NCBI RefSeq assembly: GCF_964355755.1
Contig: NC_092678.1
Span: forward strand, 6,898,422 to 6,962,421
DNA from: Antedon mediterranea
Taxonomy: Eukaryota; Animalia; Echinodermata
Reading direction: 5' to 3'
DNA length: 64,000 nucleotides
Positions 12,887 through 24,030 of the stretch are shown piece by piece. A model generated the notes under the pieces. It made no database searches, had not been told where the DNA came from, and was given only the letters and a program-made list of their open reading frames with translations. The translations under genes were made by a program, and so were the position numbers. How positions within the stretch are numbered: position 1 is the stretch's first letter; every line of letters starts with the position of its first letter.

Positions 12887-13355
12887 TTGTTCTCATGAAT
12901 TATTCATGATTTCGCTGCCTGTATTTGGTCCAGTGCTAATGTTACGTTTTCGACATTTTGTACGGAATGCGTTAGTGTGAACGGTTCTTAAACACCACAT
13001 TACGATTTTTTTTAATCTGAAGACCGGACCAAAATCCGGGTTCAGTGTGAACGATGTATATACTTGTGATAGACTGTATGGCTGTATGGCCAATTAAAGC
13101 CCGCTTCAAATTAAAGACTCCCTCCAATAAAGACAACTGTAGGCCTACTGCAGCCCGGATGATCAGCAATCTTTAACATTACCTGCTCTCTCTAGGTCGA
13201 TGCTACAAGTAAAGACTCTTTCTAATTAGAGACCAAAAACCGTGGTTTGGTGAACCAATCGTACATTTTCCTTTACATTTCCCCCAATTAAAGACCACTT
13301 TATAACAAACCTTTAAAATGAATGCAGAGTTACAGCTAGAGAAAATCAGACAAAT

Positions 13356-13700
13356 ACATTTGAGATAGTTCGGGTGGAACTTCTCGGATGGGACTCGAAC
13401 ACACGACCAACAGATCACTAGCCTGGCGTACATATCTCTAGACCACCAAGCTTGCGCTGATGCCTAGTGGCTAGATTCGAACCCAAGTAAGCAGCGGGTA
13501 CTTCACCAACAGGGTTGTAATTGTATTTTAATTACTGTGAGTAGTAGCTTTGCGTCAGGGAGTTGAGTAATAGGTCAGATGTTTTGCTCTACTCTGACGT
13601 AATTTATACATTATACTTTTAAGTACATTTGAGAATTTTAGTAAGTAATTCTAGGGTGGGAATCGAACCCACGACCTCCAGATCATACCTCTAGAGATGT
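13356..13700 (-). repeat. tRNA-derived (SINE-like) repeats, two heads
   Basis: Minus strand A-box TGGTGGTCTAGAG and B-box GTTCGAGTCCCA (~13390-13452). A second head, GGTCGTGGGTTCGATTCCCA, is at ~13657-13697. Both are followed by CTCAAATGT. Confidence 0.6.
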
Positions 13701-14154
13701 TTTATTTTGCCTATCCACTGTTTCTTAGCTTAAGCAGAGATTCACGTTTTTGCAAAAGCAAAAGATTGATAAATGCCAAATGTTCAAATACTGATGAACA
13801 CTTTGGGTTGATAAGCTGAATACCAGTGTTATGTCTTCATTATCAAGTGATTTATGCAATTTTAATACATAATTTAAACATATTCGTCTAAACTTACTTG
13901 CTACAAATAAGATGCATGCAGATCTGATCAAATAATACATCGTGGAGATTGCGAGGCACTGTAGCAAAAAACAAAGTATTTATGTTTACTGAAATGAAAT
14001 GAATAATTTTCTTAATGAATCGATCACATAACCTTCATCAAAAGATGATAACAATAGGGCATTTCAACTGAAGCAGGTGGAACTCGTCCTTCTGTATCTT
14101 TAGAGGAAAAGCGCAACGTAACAACTAATTTATTAACTGTAATCAGATATCTAA

Positions 14155-14358
14155 AGCTTGGTTTCCACTAGCGACGCAACGTAACGCAACCTACGCAACG
14201 TAAGAAAATGCCCTTCCAATAATTGTGTTTGCCCCCGCCTGCGTGAAATCAAACCTGCGATGTTTGCAGCAATGTTGCGTCGTCGGTTCCCACTTGTGAT
14301 TACGCAATACATCACTTTGCGTCAATACGTCACCGCGTTGCGTTTTAGTAGGAACAAC
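14155..14358. mobile_element. Harbinger-type MITE, family B
   Basis: Same TIR as family A with a different interior (AAGAAAATGCCCTTCC...); right end decayed. Confidence 0.7.
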
Positions 14359-14545
14359 TATTTATGGACCTGCGATTAAACTTTTAAGATAATCCACAAA
14401 TGGACACATTGATGCACTTTTGAATAAGTGTATATAATATAACTAACTTTTTCAAGTTGAAAATGTGTACTGCAAGCAGATTTATTAACGTAGTTTTGAT
14501 GACACAGGGCCCTCGATCAAAGACACAAACCGAATGTCTATATTA

Positions 14546-14683
14546 GACGTGGTTCCCACTGGCGACGCAACACAAGGACGTAACGCAACGCAATTGCTAA
14601 CTGTCTATAACTTCGGTTGTCATTGGTTAAAACGCTTGCGTTGCGTTTACGTCCTTGCGTTACGTTCTAGTGGGAACCAAGCT
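14546..14683. mobile_element. Harbinger-type MITE, family A, internally deleted
   Basis: TTA on both sides; lacks the central ~40 bp of the 7687 copy. Confidence 0.8.
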
Positions 14684-15420
14684 TTAGAACGCTTCTCATT
14701 GCATAACAAAATACCGTCCATGGACTAGACCCACTGTATGCAGTGTGCGGTCGTCGCCTACACTACATTATTTTATCAGGCGATTCTCCATACTGTACTG
14801 TAGGCCTATCAATTTCCGAAGAATCATAGGAATATAGTACATCATGTGTTTCACATATATCTAGTAGTAAACTAACCGTTAACCTAATATTACATGATAC
14901 AGGCACCACATGTGGTATAATATAAATGAAGTGCTGCATTACCAAATATTCCTATGGTACTTTGGAAATAGATGTGGAGATACAGCACTGGGAATCGGGT
15001 GATTTCATCCGGAAGAGAGCGAAAACCGTAAACCTGCCTAGGTTGTTTTAGGCCAATGTAGCCAAACAATGAACTTTCGGATCTGAAAACCAATGAAACC
15101 TACACGCATATCACCAATAGAATGTTTCCTTTCAGATGCCTAAATTGCATCATTGATTTCTATTTTGGACGGAGCTTCATCATCCTCTCTATTTCTAGTT
15201 TTAGATCAGTATATATTCAGGTGGATTGGTGATATCATCTGGGATGGCAAGTTGAGACATTAATCGGGATTGAAATGCTCTTTAAAGTGCGCAGGCATTC
15301 CAGGACATTTTATAGACTTTGTGTTGTGTTTAATTACATTTAGAACAAACAAATATACTGGACAGAATAAACCTTATGAAGGAGTTGCAAAGTAACAATC
15401 AACAGTTATGTTATTACTTA

Positions 15421-15632
15421 AGCTTGGTTCTCACGAGCGACGCAAAGTGACGCAACCTACGCAACGTAAGGAAATGCCCTTCCAAGAATTGTGTTTTCCC
15501 CCGCCTGCGTGAATCAAACCTGCGATGTAGTGTTTCCAACATCGTCGGTTCCCACTTGCGATTACGCAATACAGCACTTGCATCGACACGTCCCTGCGCT
15601 ACGTTGCGTTGTGTTCTAGTGGGAACCACACT
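15421..15632. mobile_element. Harbinger-type MITE, family B
   Basis: TTA|AGCTTGGTTCTCAC ... GTGGGAACCACACT|TTA. Confidence 0.8.
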
Positions 15633-16123
15633 TTACATTTACGGGATTAAAAATATATTAGATAACGACTTGTTATATCGGATTTCTGAAAATGTTCGTC
15701 TTGGTTTGAAAAATCAAAATATGATACATAAATTGTTATTTCATGTGAAAATATGTAATTCATAATTATTAGTTTCACATTTCTGCACTAATGATCTTTG
15801 TATAAAACAAGAATAAGTGTAAAATGCATTATTTTGTTAGTACACTCGCCTTTTCAATCATTCTTCTTAATAATGATGTTAATGGATTCGCACATTAATC
15901 ACAAAAAGTGAAATAATATATCATATAAGCTAAAGCATTGTTTATGGTTAGATATTAGTTATAACATTATTTGACTCTTGGGTGTTTTTAAACAACTTGT
16001 ATACACCCAACTTGTTGTTATTTTTTTGGTTATGTTTGTTTCAGCCTCTTGACAGTCACCACAGTAAATTATGAACCATGTCACATTATTTCCCTTAATT
16101 ACAGGTCTAACACACACTGTTAA

Positions 16124-16330
16124 AGCTTGGTTCCCACTAGTGACGCAACGTAATGCAACCTACGCAACGTAAGAAAATGCCCTTCTAATCATTGTGTTTT
16201 CCCCCGCTTGCGTGAAATCAAACCTACGATGTTTGCAGCACTATTGCGTTGTCGGTTCCCACTTGTGATTACGCAATACAACACTTTGCGTCGATACGTC
16301 GCTACGTGGCGTTCTAGTGGGAAACACGCT
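16124..16330. mobile_element. Harbinger-type MITE, family B
   Basis: TAA|AGCTTGGTTCCCACTAG ... CTAGTGGGAAACACGCT|TTA. Confidence 0.8.
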
Positions 16331-16755
16331 TTACAGAACTAAGCCTAACTGTCAGCGCACTGTAAGACATAGGTCTACTGTCAAAATAACATACAATATA
16401 CATACACGACATTGGAGGGTCGAAAACATTACAGGACTATTCACCGCTGTGACGTCACAGAGTGAATGCAATAATATCTGATGATAATCACTATCAAAGT
16501 AAAACATAGTTTATGCTTTTTTCCCCGAGTAGAATAGGGGGAATGGTAAATGTTTCTGTATGCGGAGAGTTATAAAAAAATAGAAAAAAAAATTGTAAAT
16601 CGGGAAACATTATATTTAACGCCAGTTGCCAAATGTAAGATAAAGTATATCTAAATGCATGTAAGTTTCAGTAACACTGCAAAGTTCAGGAAAGAGCGTC
16701 TATTTTTTATTTTCATATTTCATGGTACCAAAAACAAAACAAAAATAGGACCAAT

Positions 16756-17086
16756 GTAGCGTGTGGCGCAGTGGGTTGCACGTTGGATTACTGATCGGAA
16801 GATCGTGGTTCGAATCCAACTCATGTCGCATTGCTTGTATCCTTAGGCAAGATACCGTACTTTACTTACATTTGCCTCTCTTCACCCAGGTGTATACATG
16901 TGTACCGGTTATAGATCAAGACACAACATTGCGCTGATTACTAGCTGCATTATTATGGGAGTATGTTTCCATACGTGTTTGATAGAAAAAAAATGACCGG
17001 GGTAATATAAACAATTTGTTAAGCGCCTTTGAGCATGTTTATTCATGAAAAGAGCGCTATATAAATGTAGTATATTATTATTATTA
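16756..17086 (+). mobile_element. tRNA-derived CORE-type SINE with L2-like 3' tail
   Basis: A-box TGGCGCAGTGG, B-box GGTTCGAATCC, CORE-like TCCTTAGGCAAG...TGCCTCTCTTCACCCAGGTGTA, tail AAGCGCCTTTGAGCAT...GCGCTATATAAATG-(TAT)n. Confidence 0.75.
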
Positions 17087-18830
17087 CACAATATATAAAA
17101 TCACAAAATATATATCGATAAGATTTTGACATACATAGCTACCAGTACCGTATACACTTTGATGGTTAGTATGTAGAGTACACCTTGAAATAATTATATA
17201 CAACACTTCCCTTTGCGTTTAAAATTTTAAATACATCCAGGAATCATTAGCATATTACAAAATAAAACATTGAGAAAATCTCATATTCTGTATAACTTGG
17301 GAAGAGTGCTCTTTTCTGGTATAACACAAGAAAATTAGCGTCATCCCCAACGGTATTATGATTCTTCTATACCCAGTACAATCGTAGACGCCATTTCGCT
17401 CCATTTGATGAAATAAATATGGTAATATAAAATGTATATGATCATGGGAAAAATTGGATTGATTGATTGATTGGGGTTGTGGGTGTTTGGGGGTTAAAAC
17501 ATATATTATTTTTGTTCGGTTGTTTGACATTTCTTCTACTTTCAAACATCGGGTTGTAGGCCTGTACAATATCGTCGGTGTAAACCCAGATCCTAGCATC
17601 CACAGGCCTTTTTTACCCACATGTGAAATAACACGTAACTAAAATTCTTAGGCTAAGTATTAGAAAAATATCAATAAAAGAGCACAAGCACAGTTGGCCT
17701 AAACAATAATTAAAGCACGCGCAAAAGGGCGTTCGTGTGCGTTGCGTGAAAGACTTTAACATTATTCAATATGGTAGGCCTATAATAATAAAAATACGTG
17801 AAAAGGAGGGGAAAAAATGTTGGCTTACAAAGTTTAATTATGATGCCTGAATATTTTGCTTACTGGATTATTTTGAAAGCGTTTAGGCCTAAAGACGTGA
17901 CCACTACTGTGTATGTGATAGGCCTACCTACTGTAGACAAAAAGCAAAAGGCCTCATCCGACAATGTTCACAGAAGTTTACACGGGTAGGGTAAAATTGG
18001 TCCACTTCCACCATAGTTAGCGATAATAACTGATTGGTCCCCATTACCCGGGTAAATAGCTAAGCCTGAACGTCGTCAAAGAATGTTTAGTGGCTTAAGA
18101 AAAGGACCTAGAGAAGCAGGTGCGCAATAGACTGAGTAGGCCTATGCTAAAACACACCAATTCGGATGCTAGTCAAGTCGTCCCATCGCAAATATCCCCA
18201 TACAAAGGCTTTTCTGCTTTCACAATGTGTCTTTACATGGATTGGAATCAAATGTATTTAATTTTTTTGAAATGATAGGCCTACTGTTAACCTAATTCCT
18301 ATGATACAGTAGAAATATGTGACACCAATGAATGCTGTATCACATAATTTTCCTAGATAATGGAAATTATGCCCTTTGCATAGATAAAGTAGGCCGAGTA
18401 TTGTTTAAAAATGTATTTATATAAACTGCTTATTCGTCAATTCAACAAATTCATTATAAAGCGGTGTTGCTTTTCTTTTTATTTTTATTGCATATATTTA
18501 CTAAGAGCAGGGCATTATTCCAAGCATGAATATTTATTTATTTACAACTTTGTCAGTTGTTAAATTAAACATGTTAGCGGCACGCAACAGGTAGTTTAAA
18601 TCCTTTGGTATTATTCTTTCAACAAATTTAATTAAGCCTAGAAATAAATTAATTTTGTTGGTATATTTATATAAATATTTATATAATCAGTTCAACATTT
18701 CTTCTCGAAGGCTCTGGCTATATACCGTATTATTTAACACCTTATTTTCACATAATGTGAAAGGGTTCGCCATTTTAAAGATGGCAAAAACAGAAATCCT
18801 ATTGGGAAACTGTGATCCTTTTCTATCATT

Positions 18831-19341
18831 AGACAACGCAAGTCTGTGCATGCACACAACTTCACAAGAGGCACAATTATTTTAGACAACGCAAGTCTGT
18901 GCATGCGCACAACTTCACAAGAGGCACAATTATTTTAGACAACGCAAGTCTGTGCATGCGCACAACTTCACAAGATGCACAATTATTTTAGACAACGCAA
19001 GTCTGTGCATGCGCACAACTTCACAAGATGCACAATTATTTTAGAAAACGCAAGTCTGTGCATGCGCAGAACTTCACAAGATGTACAATTATTTTAGACA
19101 ACGCAAGTATGTGCATACGCACAACTTCACAAGAGGCACAATAAGTTTAGACAACGCAAGTCTGTGCATGCGCACAACTTCACAAGAGGCACAATTATTT
19201 TAGACAACGCAAGTCTGTGCATGCGCACAACTTCACAAGATGCACAATTATTTTAGACAACGCAAGTCTGTGCATGCGCACAACTTCACAAGATGCACAA
19301 TTATTTTAGAAAACGCAAGTCTGTGCATGCGCAGAACTTCA
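18831..19341 (+). repeat. 53-bp tandem repeat, ~9.6 copies
   Basis: AGACAACGCAAGTCTGTGCATGCGCACAACTTCACAAGA(G/T)GCACAATTATTTT head to tail, with no unique spacers. Confidence 0.95.
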
Positions 19342-20648
19342 AGAGATTCACATTGAGCTAATGATTAGCTTTAGCCTGTTATCCACCAGGCAAAATAATG
19401 TATTCGCGCTGATCGGGAGGAACCAATGCGATTTCACTGCGAATAATGCACAACCAATCAATATTTGGGAATATTCGCCTAAACAAACTTTATGAATTGT
19501 CTTTTTTTTATATATAAAAAAACAATTACTTTTAAAGGACAGCTTGACTGTGGACCATATTTTGAACAACTTATTAAGAATGTACATATAATTTCAGAAC
19601 AATCGCGATATTAAGGATATCGCCGCACGCGCTCGCCGTACACTACAGTCGTCGTAAATTGCTGTGACGTCAGAGGTGCATCGCCAAATCTACTTGATGA
19701 GTTTTCACTGTTGTTAACATAGCAGAGATAGGTACCGTCACTTAAGTTGCTAAGTTGACCTGTATTAGGTATTAGACGCGTGGAATCACTCAACCATATC
19801 GCACTCAAAACCTTCCTCTCTGTAGTGTGTCGTGTGTCACACACGCGATGGTGGGTCGTGTCGTCGGTGTGTGTGGTGGTGATTCTGCCCATTGATGATA
19901 TGCCTATATCAGGGTGCCTATGCCTAGCGTCCTGGGCCTAGGCTAGGCACACTACTACTAGCTAGGTATCGACTCATCGAGTCGGTCTGATAATTGTGGC
20001 CACCGTTTATGAACGCCTAAATTCATGAACTTTTATAATTTACTCACCATCGATCGTCTTTGAGTACAAGTGTTAGGCCGATGGATTACTATAAACATCA
20101 TCACCTTTATTCGATCACCAAGAATCACCGCGAACGTATTAAAACAGTTTTTAGTTCTTCGATATGGTCAAAGATAGTGTAGAAGTAGGAAGATGTTACA
20201 CTTCCTATTCGTTCAATTCAAATAAAAGCGAGACAACATGGAGCTAAATTTAAAGGGCGCCTCGCACGTCGAGTAGGGATACGGAAAGTTATTGTATAGG
20301 AAATAGGCTATTATAACAGTAGAATAATAATATGATTGTAAAATTAAGATTTAATACGAATTAACATATAAAATGTAATGTTATCTTTATAGAAAGTGCA
20401 AATGAATCATATTTATATGCTTTGGAATACAAATTTGTGTTTCAATTACCTGGAATTGTTTAGGTACCGTACCTGGAATTTATCTACCCGTATTTTATTT
20501 CTTTTATTTTAATGTTTTTATCATCATCAAATCAATTGAACTTTTTAAAATTATTTACATTTAATTGTTTATCATTGGACAGAGATAGAAAATTTAATAC
20601 CTAGCTTTAGAAACACTTCTTCATCAGAGTGAATAAATATATTAGGAG

Positions 20649-23600
20649 CTTTTGATTTTGATTTGATTTATTTCGGCATCAGTACATAAAATATCACAGA
20701 CATACAATTAAAATTAGCAAATATATAAATACCAAAATAAAACAAGGATGCCAAGGATAACTCATAAAAGTCCTCTACGGACTTGTTTCCAATGAGGTCC
20801 TTTGAAAGAACAGCAAAAAGACAAACAATGCAACATATAAAAATTACAAAAAAAAAAAAAAAAAAATGGCAATAATAATAGGACTATCGAAAAAAGAAGA
20901 AGCGCTTATTAAATAGTTTCTAGAGCTAGTGAACGTTCCTGTAGATACTTTTTAACTTTACTTTTAAAACAACAAACAGTTTGTGATTCCTTAATGTTAA
21001 TTGGTAAATTATTCCATTCTTTAATAGCATTGTAAAAAAAAGTCACATGTGCCATTGGCTTGATAGTTGGAATTCTAAAATTAAAATTGCATCCCCTAGT
21101 ATTGTAATTATGACTGTCTGAAATTCTAATAAAACGATTGCATAAATAACATACCAACGTCGTTTAGCTGAGATTGAACAATATGAGATCGGGGACCTAA
21201 CTTTTTTATAAAACGAACCATTTTGTTTTGAGTCGTTTGTAATTTTGATTTAAAATTTTTATTTACCGTAGAAGACCATGAGCAAACCGAATAATCGAAC
21301 ATCGGTTGGATTAAAGCAAAACTAAGAATTTTGCGACAATGTGAATTAAGAAATGGTGAATGGCGGTACAGAAATTTCAGTCTGCCGTTTGCTTTGTTTA
21401 TAACAGAGCGGGCAATGACGTCACCTGATACATTTTGGTCAATCTCAATACCTAGATATTTGATAGATTTTGATCCATTTATAGTCGTTCCAAAGTAATC
21501 AATATAGAATTCGTTTACTTTGCTTAATCTACGTTTAGAACCAAACAAGATGCATTCGGTCTTACCCATATGAAGCGAAAGTTGATTGTCGATCAGCCAA
21601 TTATTGCATGATACGAGATTGTTTTGGAGTTTAGATTGGATTGAGATTGGATCTTTATGGGAGTAAAAAATTGCACAATCGTCACCGTACAAAACAACTT
21701 TACAATCACTTTCGATACTAGATGGTAGGTCATTCACGTAAATAAGAAACAAGAGAGGACCCAAAAGGCTACCCTGGGGGACTCCACATCCAATCTCAAT
21801 AGAGTCCGATTTGGTACCTTTAATATCGACAATCTGATTTCGCCCAGACAGGTACGCTTGAAACCAACCGATAGACCGGCATCCTAGATACTTAAGTTTT
21901 TTACACAAAATATCATGATTGACCGAGTCAAAGGCCTTTTGGACATCGAGTAAAACCATACCCGTAAATAAACCATTTGACATTTGAACTCTAAGGTGAT
22001 CTCTAAGATGAATAAGACATGTGTCGGTAGAAAATGATCTACGAAAACCGGATTGATGATCGTAGATAAGTTGATTCCTTTCAAGGTAATCGGAAACTTG
22101 TATATATACCACCTTCTCCAGAATTTTCGAAACTGAGGAGAGAATGCTTATAGGTCTGTAATTGTTGGCCTCAGTTCTGGAATTCTTTTTATGAAGGGGC
22201 GTGACTTTTGCGAGTTTAAAATCCGAGGGAATACGTTCGTATTTAATGGAAAGGTTAATTATATGTGTTATTGGTATTTTAATATTAGGAGCTCCGTCTC
22301 TAAGAAATTTTGCAGGAATCTGATCAAGGCCTACACTTTTAGATGGGTTGAGATTTCTCAATTCCTCTTCGATAAGGCTCTCGTCAATTTCTTCGAGAGA
22401 AAAACCAGAAACATGTTTCTTCATTAAATCGGAAGCAATATTTGCGAAGTATTTATTGAAATAATTTGAAACTTCGCTTTCATTATGGCAAAGATTCCCA
22501 TTAACATCTAACGAAATAGTGCTACCCTTTTGTGGCTTATTTTTATATCCCAAATCTTTAAGGCATTTCCAGAGTTTATTGGGATTATTTTTGTTAACTT
22601 CTACCTTATTTAAAAAACATTCAGATTTTGCTTTATTTATGTCCTTTTGTATGCGATTACGCAACTTACGAAATGCATCGTAAAGGTCTGGCCTATTTGG
22701 GTTATTCTTGAACTTATTTAATAGTGAGTCTCTTTCTTTTATGGCACTTAATATTTCCGGTGTCATCCACTCTTCAGATTTTTGTTTTAGGCGCACCTGT
22801 TTGAGAGGAGCCATTTTGTTTATAAGAGACAAAAATATTTTTTTAAAAGAGCACCAGGCAAAGTCCACATCTGATGAATCGAGAACAGGCGACCAATCAG
22901 ATTGTGTTAATTGCTCATTAAAAATATTAACATCGTAGTTCTTAAGTGAACGAATTTTGATAGTTTTATATTGGTTAAATTTATATTTTAAAGATTTACG
23001 AGTACAAAACGTTAGGCTGTGGTCACTAATGCCTACATGGATGACACCCGATTGCAAAATTTTTTGCGAATGGTTACATATGATAATATCTAAAACTGTT
23101 GATGTATACTTAGTAATTCGAGTTGGTTCCTTTATCAGATGGGTAAAGCTAAAAGTTTCAAGAGTTGTTTCTAACTTTTTGTATATTGATGCAGATTCAT
23201 TTTTCAAATTAATATTGAAGTCACCAAGGACAATAACTTCGACATCATGTCGAATAGCAGCCAATATATTTTCAAACGAGTCAATAAATAGCTTATATGA
23301 TTGACTTGGTGGACGATAAATTGATCCAACAACAATAGGACGCGTCTTCGGAAGCAAAATTTCCATCCAAATTGATTCAATACTTTCAGAATCCAGGTCC
23401 CGGCGTTCGCGTATAGATAGTCTTTCCTTGACAAAAATACAAACACCTCCTCCAGACCGATTTCGATCTCGACGGAAAACGTTGTATCCTTCAATGTTGA
23501 GCTCCGCATCAGGAACAGTATTATCCAACATAGTTTCACATATAGAGATAACGGCAGCATTGGTTTTTATTGCGAGAAGGCGGAGTTCAGACATCTTTGG

Positions 23601-24030
23601 CAGTATTGACCTTACGTTAAGATGAATGAAGTGAAGGCCCTTTTCTTTAAAAACCTTGAAGTCTTCCTCCATATTGAGATGGATTCCGGGTCCCGGGTTT
23701 GGAGAAATATCACCACATTTAAGCAAGATAGCAAAGAGTAAGCCTTTCCCTCTAAGATCAAAAGTCCGGTGTATGTGGGACGTATTCTTCCTCGTTTGAT
23801 AATTACCGGAACTGTAAATATAGGCAGGCGATACAAAAATGACACTTGTTGCAGCGACCGCAAAATTAGCGTTGGAATGTTTGCACCTGGTAAAAATGGC
23901 TGATATGTCGTATCTCTCGTCGGCGGTTGCGTTAAAAAATTGGTCAACTAGCAATACAGTAAGCGGGCCTAGAGAGCTCGCGTTGAGCACGTCTGTATCC
24001 GTCCACGTTTGTGAATTAATGTCTAGTGGT
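20649..24030 (-). mobile_element. Non-LTR retrotransposon (L2/CR1 group, Crack/Daphne-like), near-intact ORF2
   Basis: APE-RT ORF, 3' UTR with GGACCTCATTGGAAACAAG and an (AAATC)n tail at ~20650-20672; no ORF1 visible. Confidence 0.92.
21126..23990 (-). CDS. LINE ORF2: 2A-like motif + AP endonuclease + reverse transcriptase (C-terminus continues after a frameshift in 20909-21157)
   Basis: APE motifs HLNVRS, ICET, GGGV, IYRPP, GDFN, LDII, SDH. RT motifs NYRPISIL, QSGFR, DVQKAFD, GVPQGSLLGP, YGDD, KYLG. Confidence 0.92.
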   Translation of the reverse strand: MLNASSLGPLTVLLVDQFFNATADERYDISAIFTRCKHSNANFAVAATSVIFVSPAYIYSSGNYQTRKNTSHIHRTFDLRGKGLLFAILLKCGDISPNPGPGIHLNMEEDFKVFKEKGLHFIHLNVRSILPKMSELRLLAIKTNAAVISICETMLDNTVPDAELNIEGYNVFRRDRNRSGGGVCIFVKERLSIRERRDLDSESIESIWMEILLPKTRPIVVGSIYRPPSQSYKLFIDSFENILAAIRHDVEVIVLGDFNINLKNESASIYKKLETTLETFSFTHLIKEPTRITKYTSTVLDIIICNHSQKILQSGVIHVGISDHSLTFCTRKSLKYKFNQYKTIKIRSLKNYDVNIFNEQLTQSDWSPVLDSSDVDFAWCSFKKIFLSLINKMAPLKQVRLKQKSEEWMTPEILSAIKERDSLLNKFKNNPNRPDLYDAFRKLRNRIQKDINKAKSECFLNKVEVNKNNPNKLWKCLKDLGYKNKPQKGSTISLDVNGNLCHNESEVSNYFNKYFANIASDLMKKHVSGFSLEEIDESLIEEELRNLNPSKSVGLDQIPAKFLRDGAPNIKIPITHIINLSIKYERIPSDFKLAKVTPLHKKNSRTEANNYRPISILSSVSKILEKVVYIQVSDYLERNQLIYDHQSGFRRSFSTDTCLIHLRDHLRVQMSNGLFTGMVLLDVQKAFDSVNHDILCKKLKYLGCRSIGWFQAYLSGRNQIVDIKGTKSDSIEIGCGVPQGSLLGPLLFLIYVNDLPSSIESDCKVVLYGDDCAIFYSHKDPISIQSKLQNNLVSCNNWLIDNQLSLHMGKTECILFGSKRRLSKVNEFYIDYFGTTINGSKSIKYLGIEIDQNVSGDVIARSVINKANGRLKFLYRHSPFLNSHCRKILSFALIQPMFDYSVCSWSSTVNKNFKSKLQTTQNKMVRFIKKLGPRSHIVQSQLNDVGMLFMQSFY

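Noticed and set aside
14900-15270. Possible RT relic (minus strand DEAPSKIEINDAI)
   Set aside because: Only one short motif, too decayed to support a feature.
13356-17086. tRNA genes at ~13.4, ~13.7 and ~16.8 kb (also ~42.2 kb)
   Set aside because: A/B boxes are present, but there is no clean cloverleaf and they run into SINE bodies.
18831-19341. CRISPR-like appearance of the 53-, 40- and 59-bp arrays
   Set aside because: Head-to-tail units without unique spacers, no cas genes, eukaryotic context.
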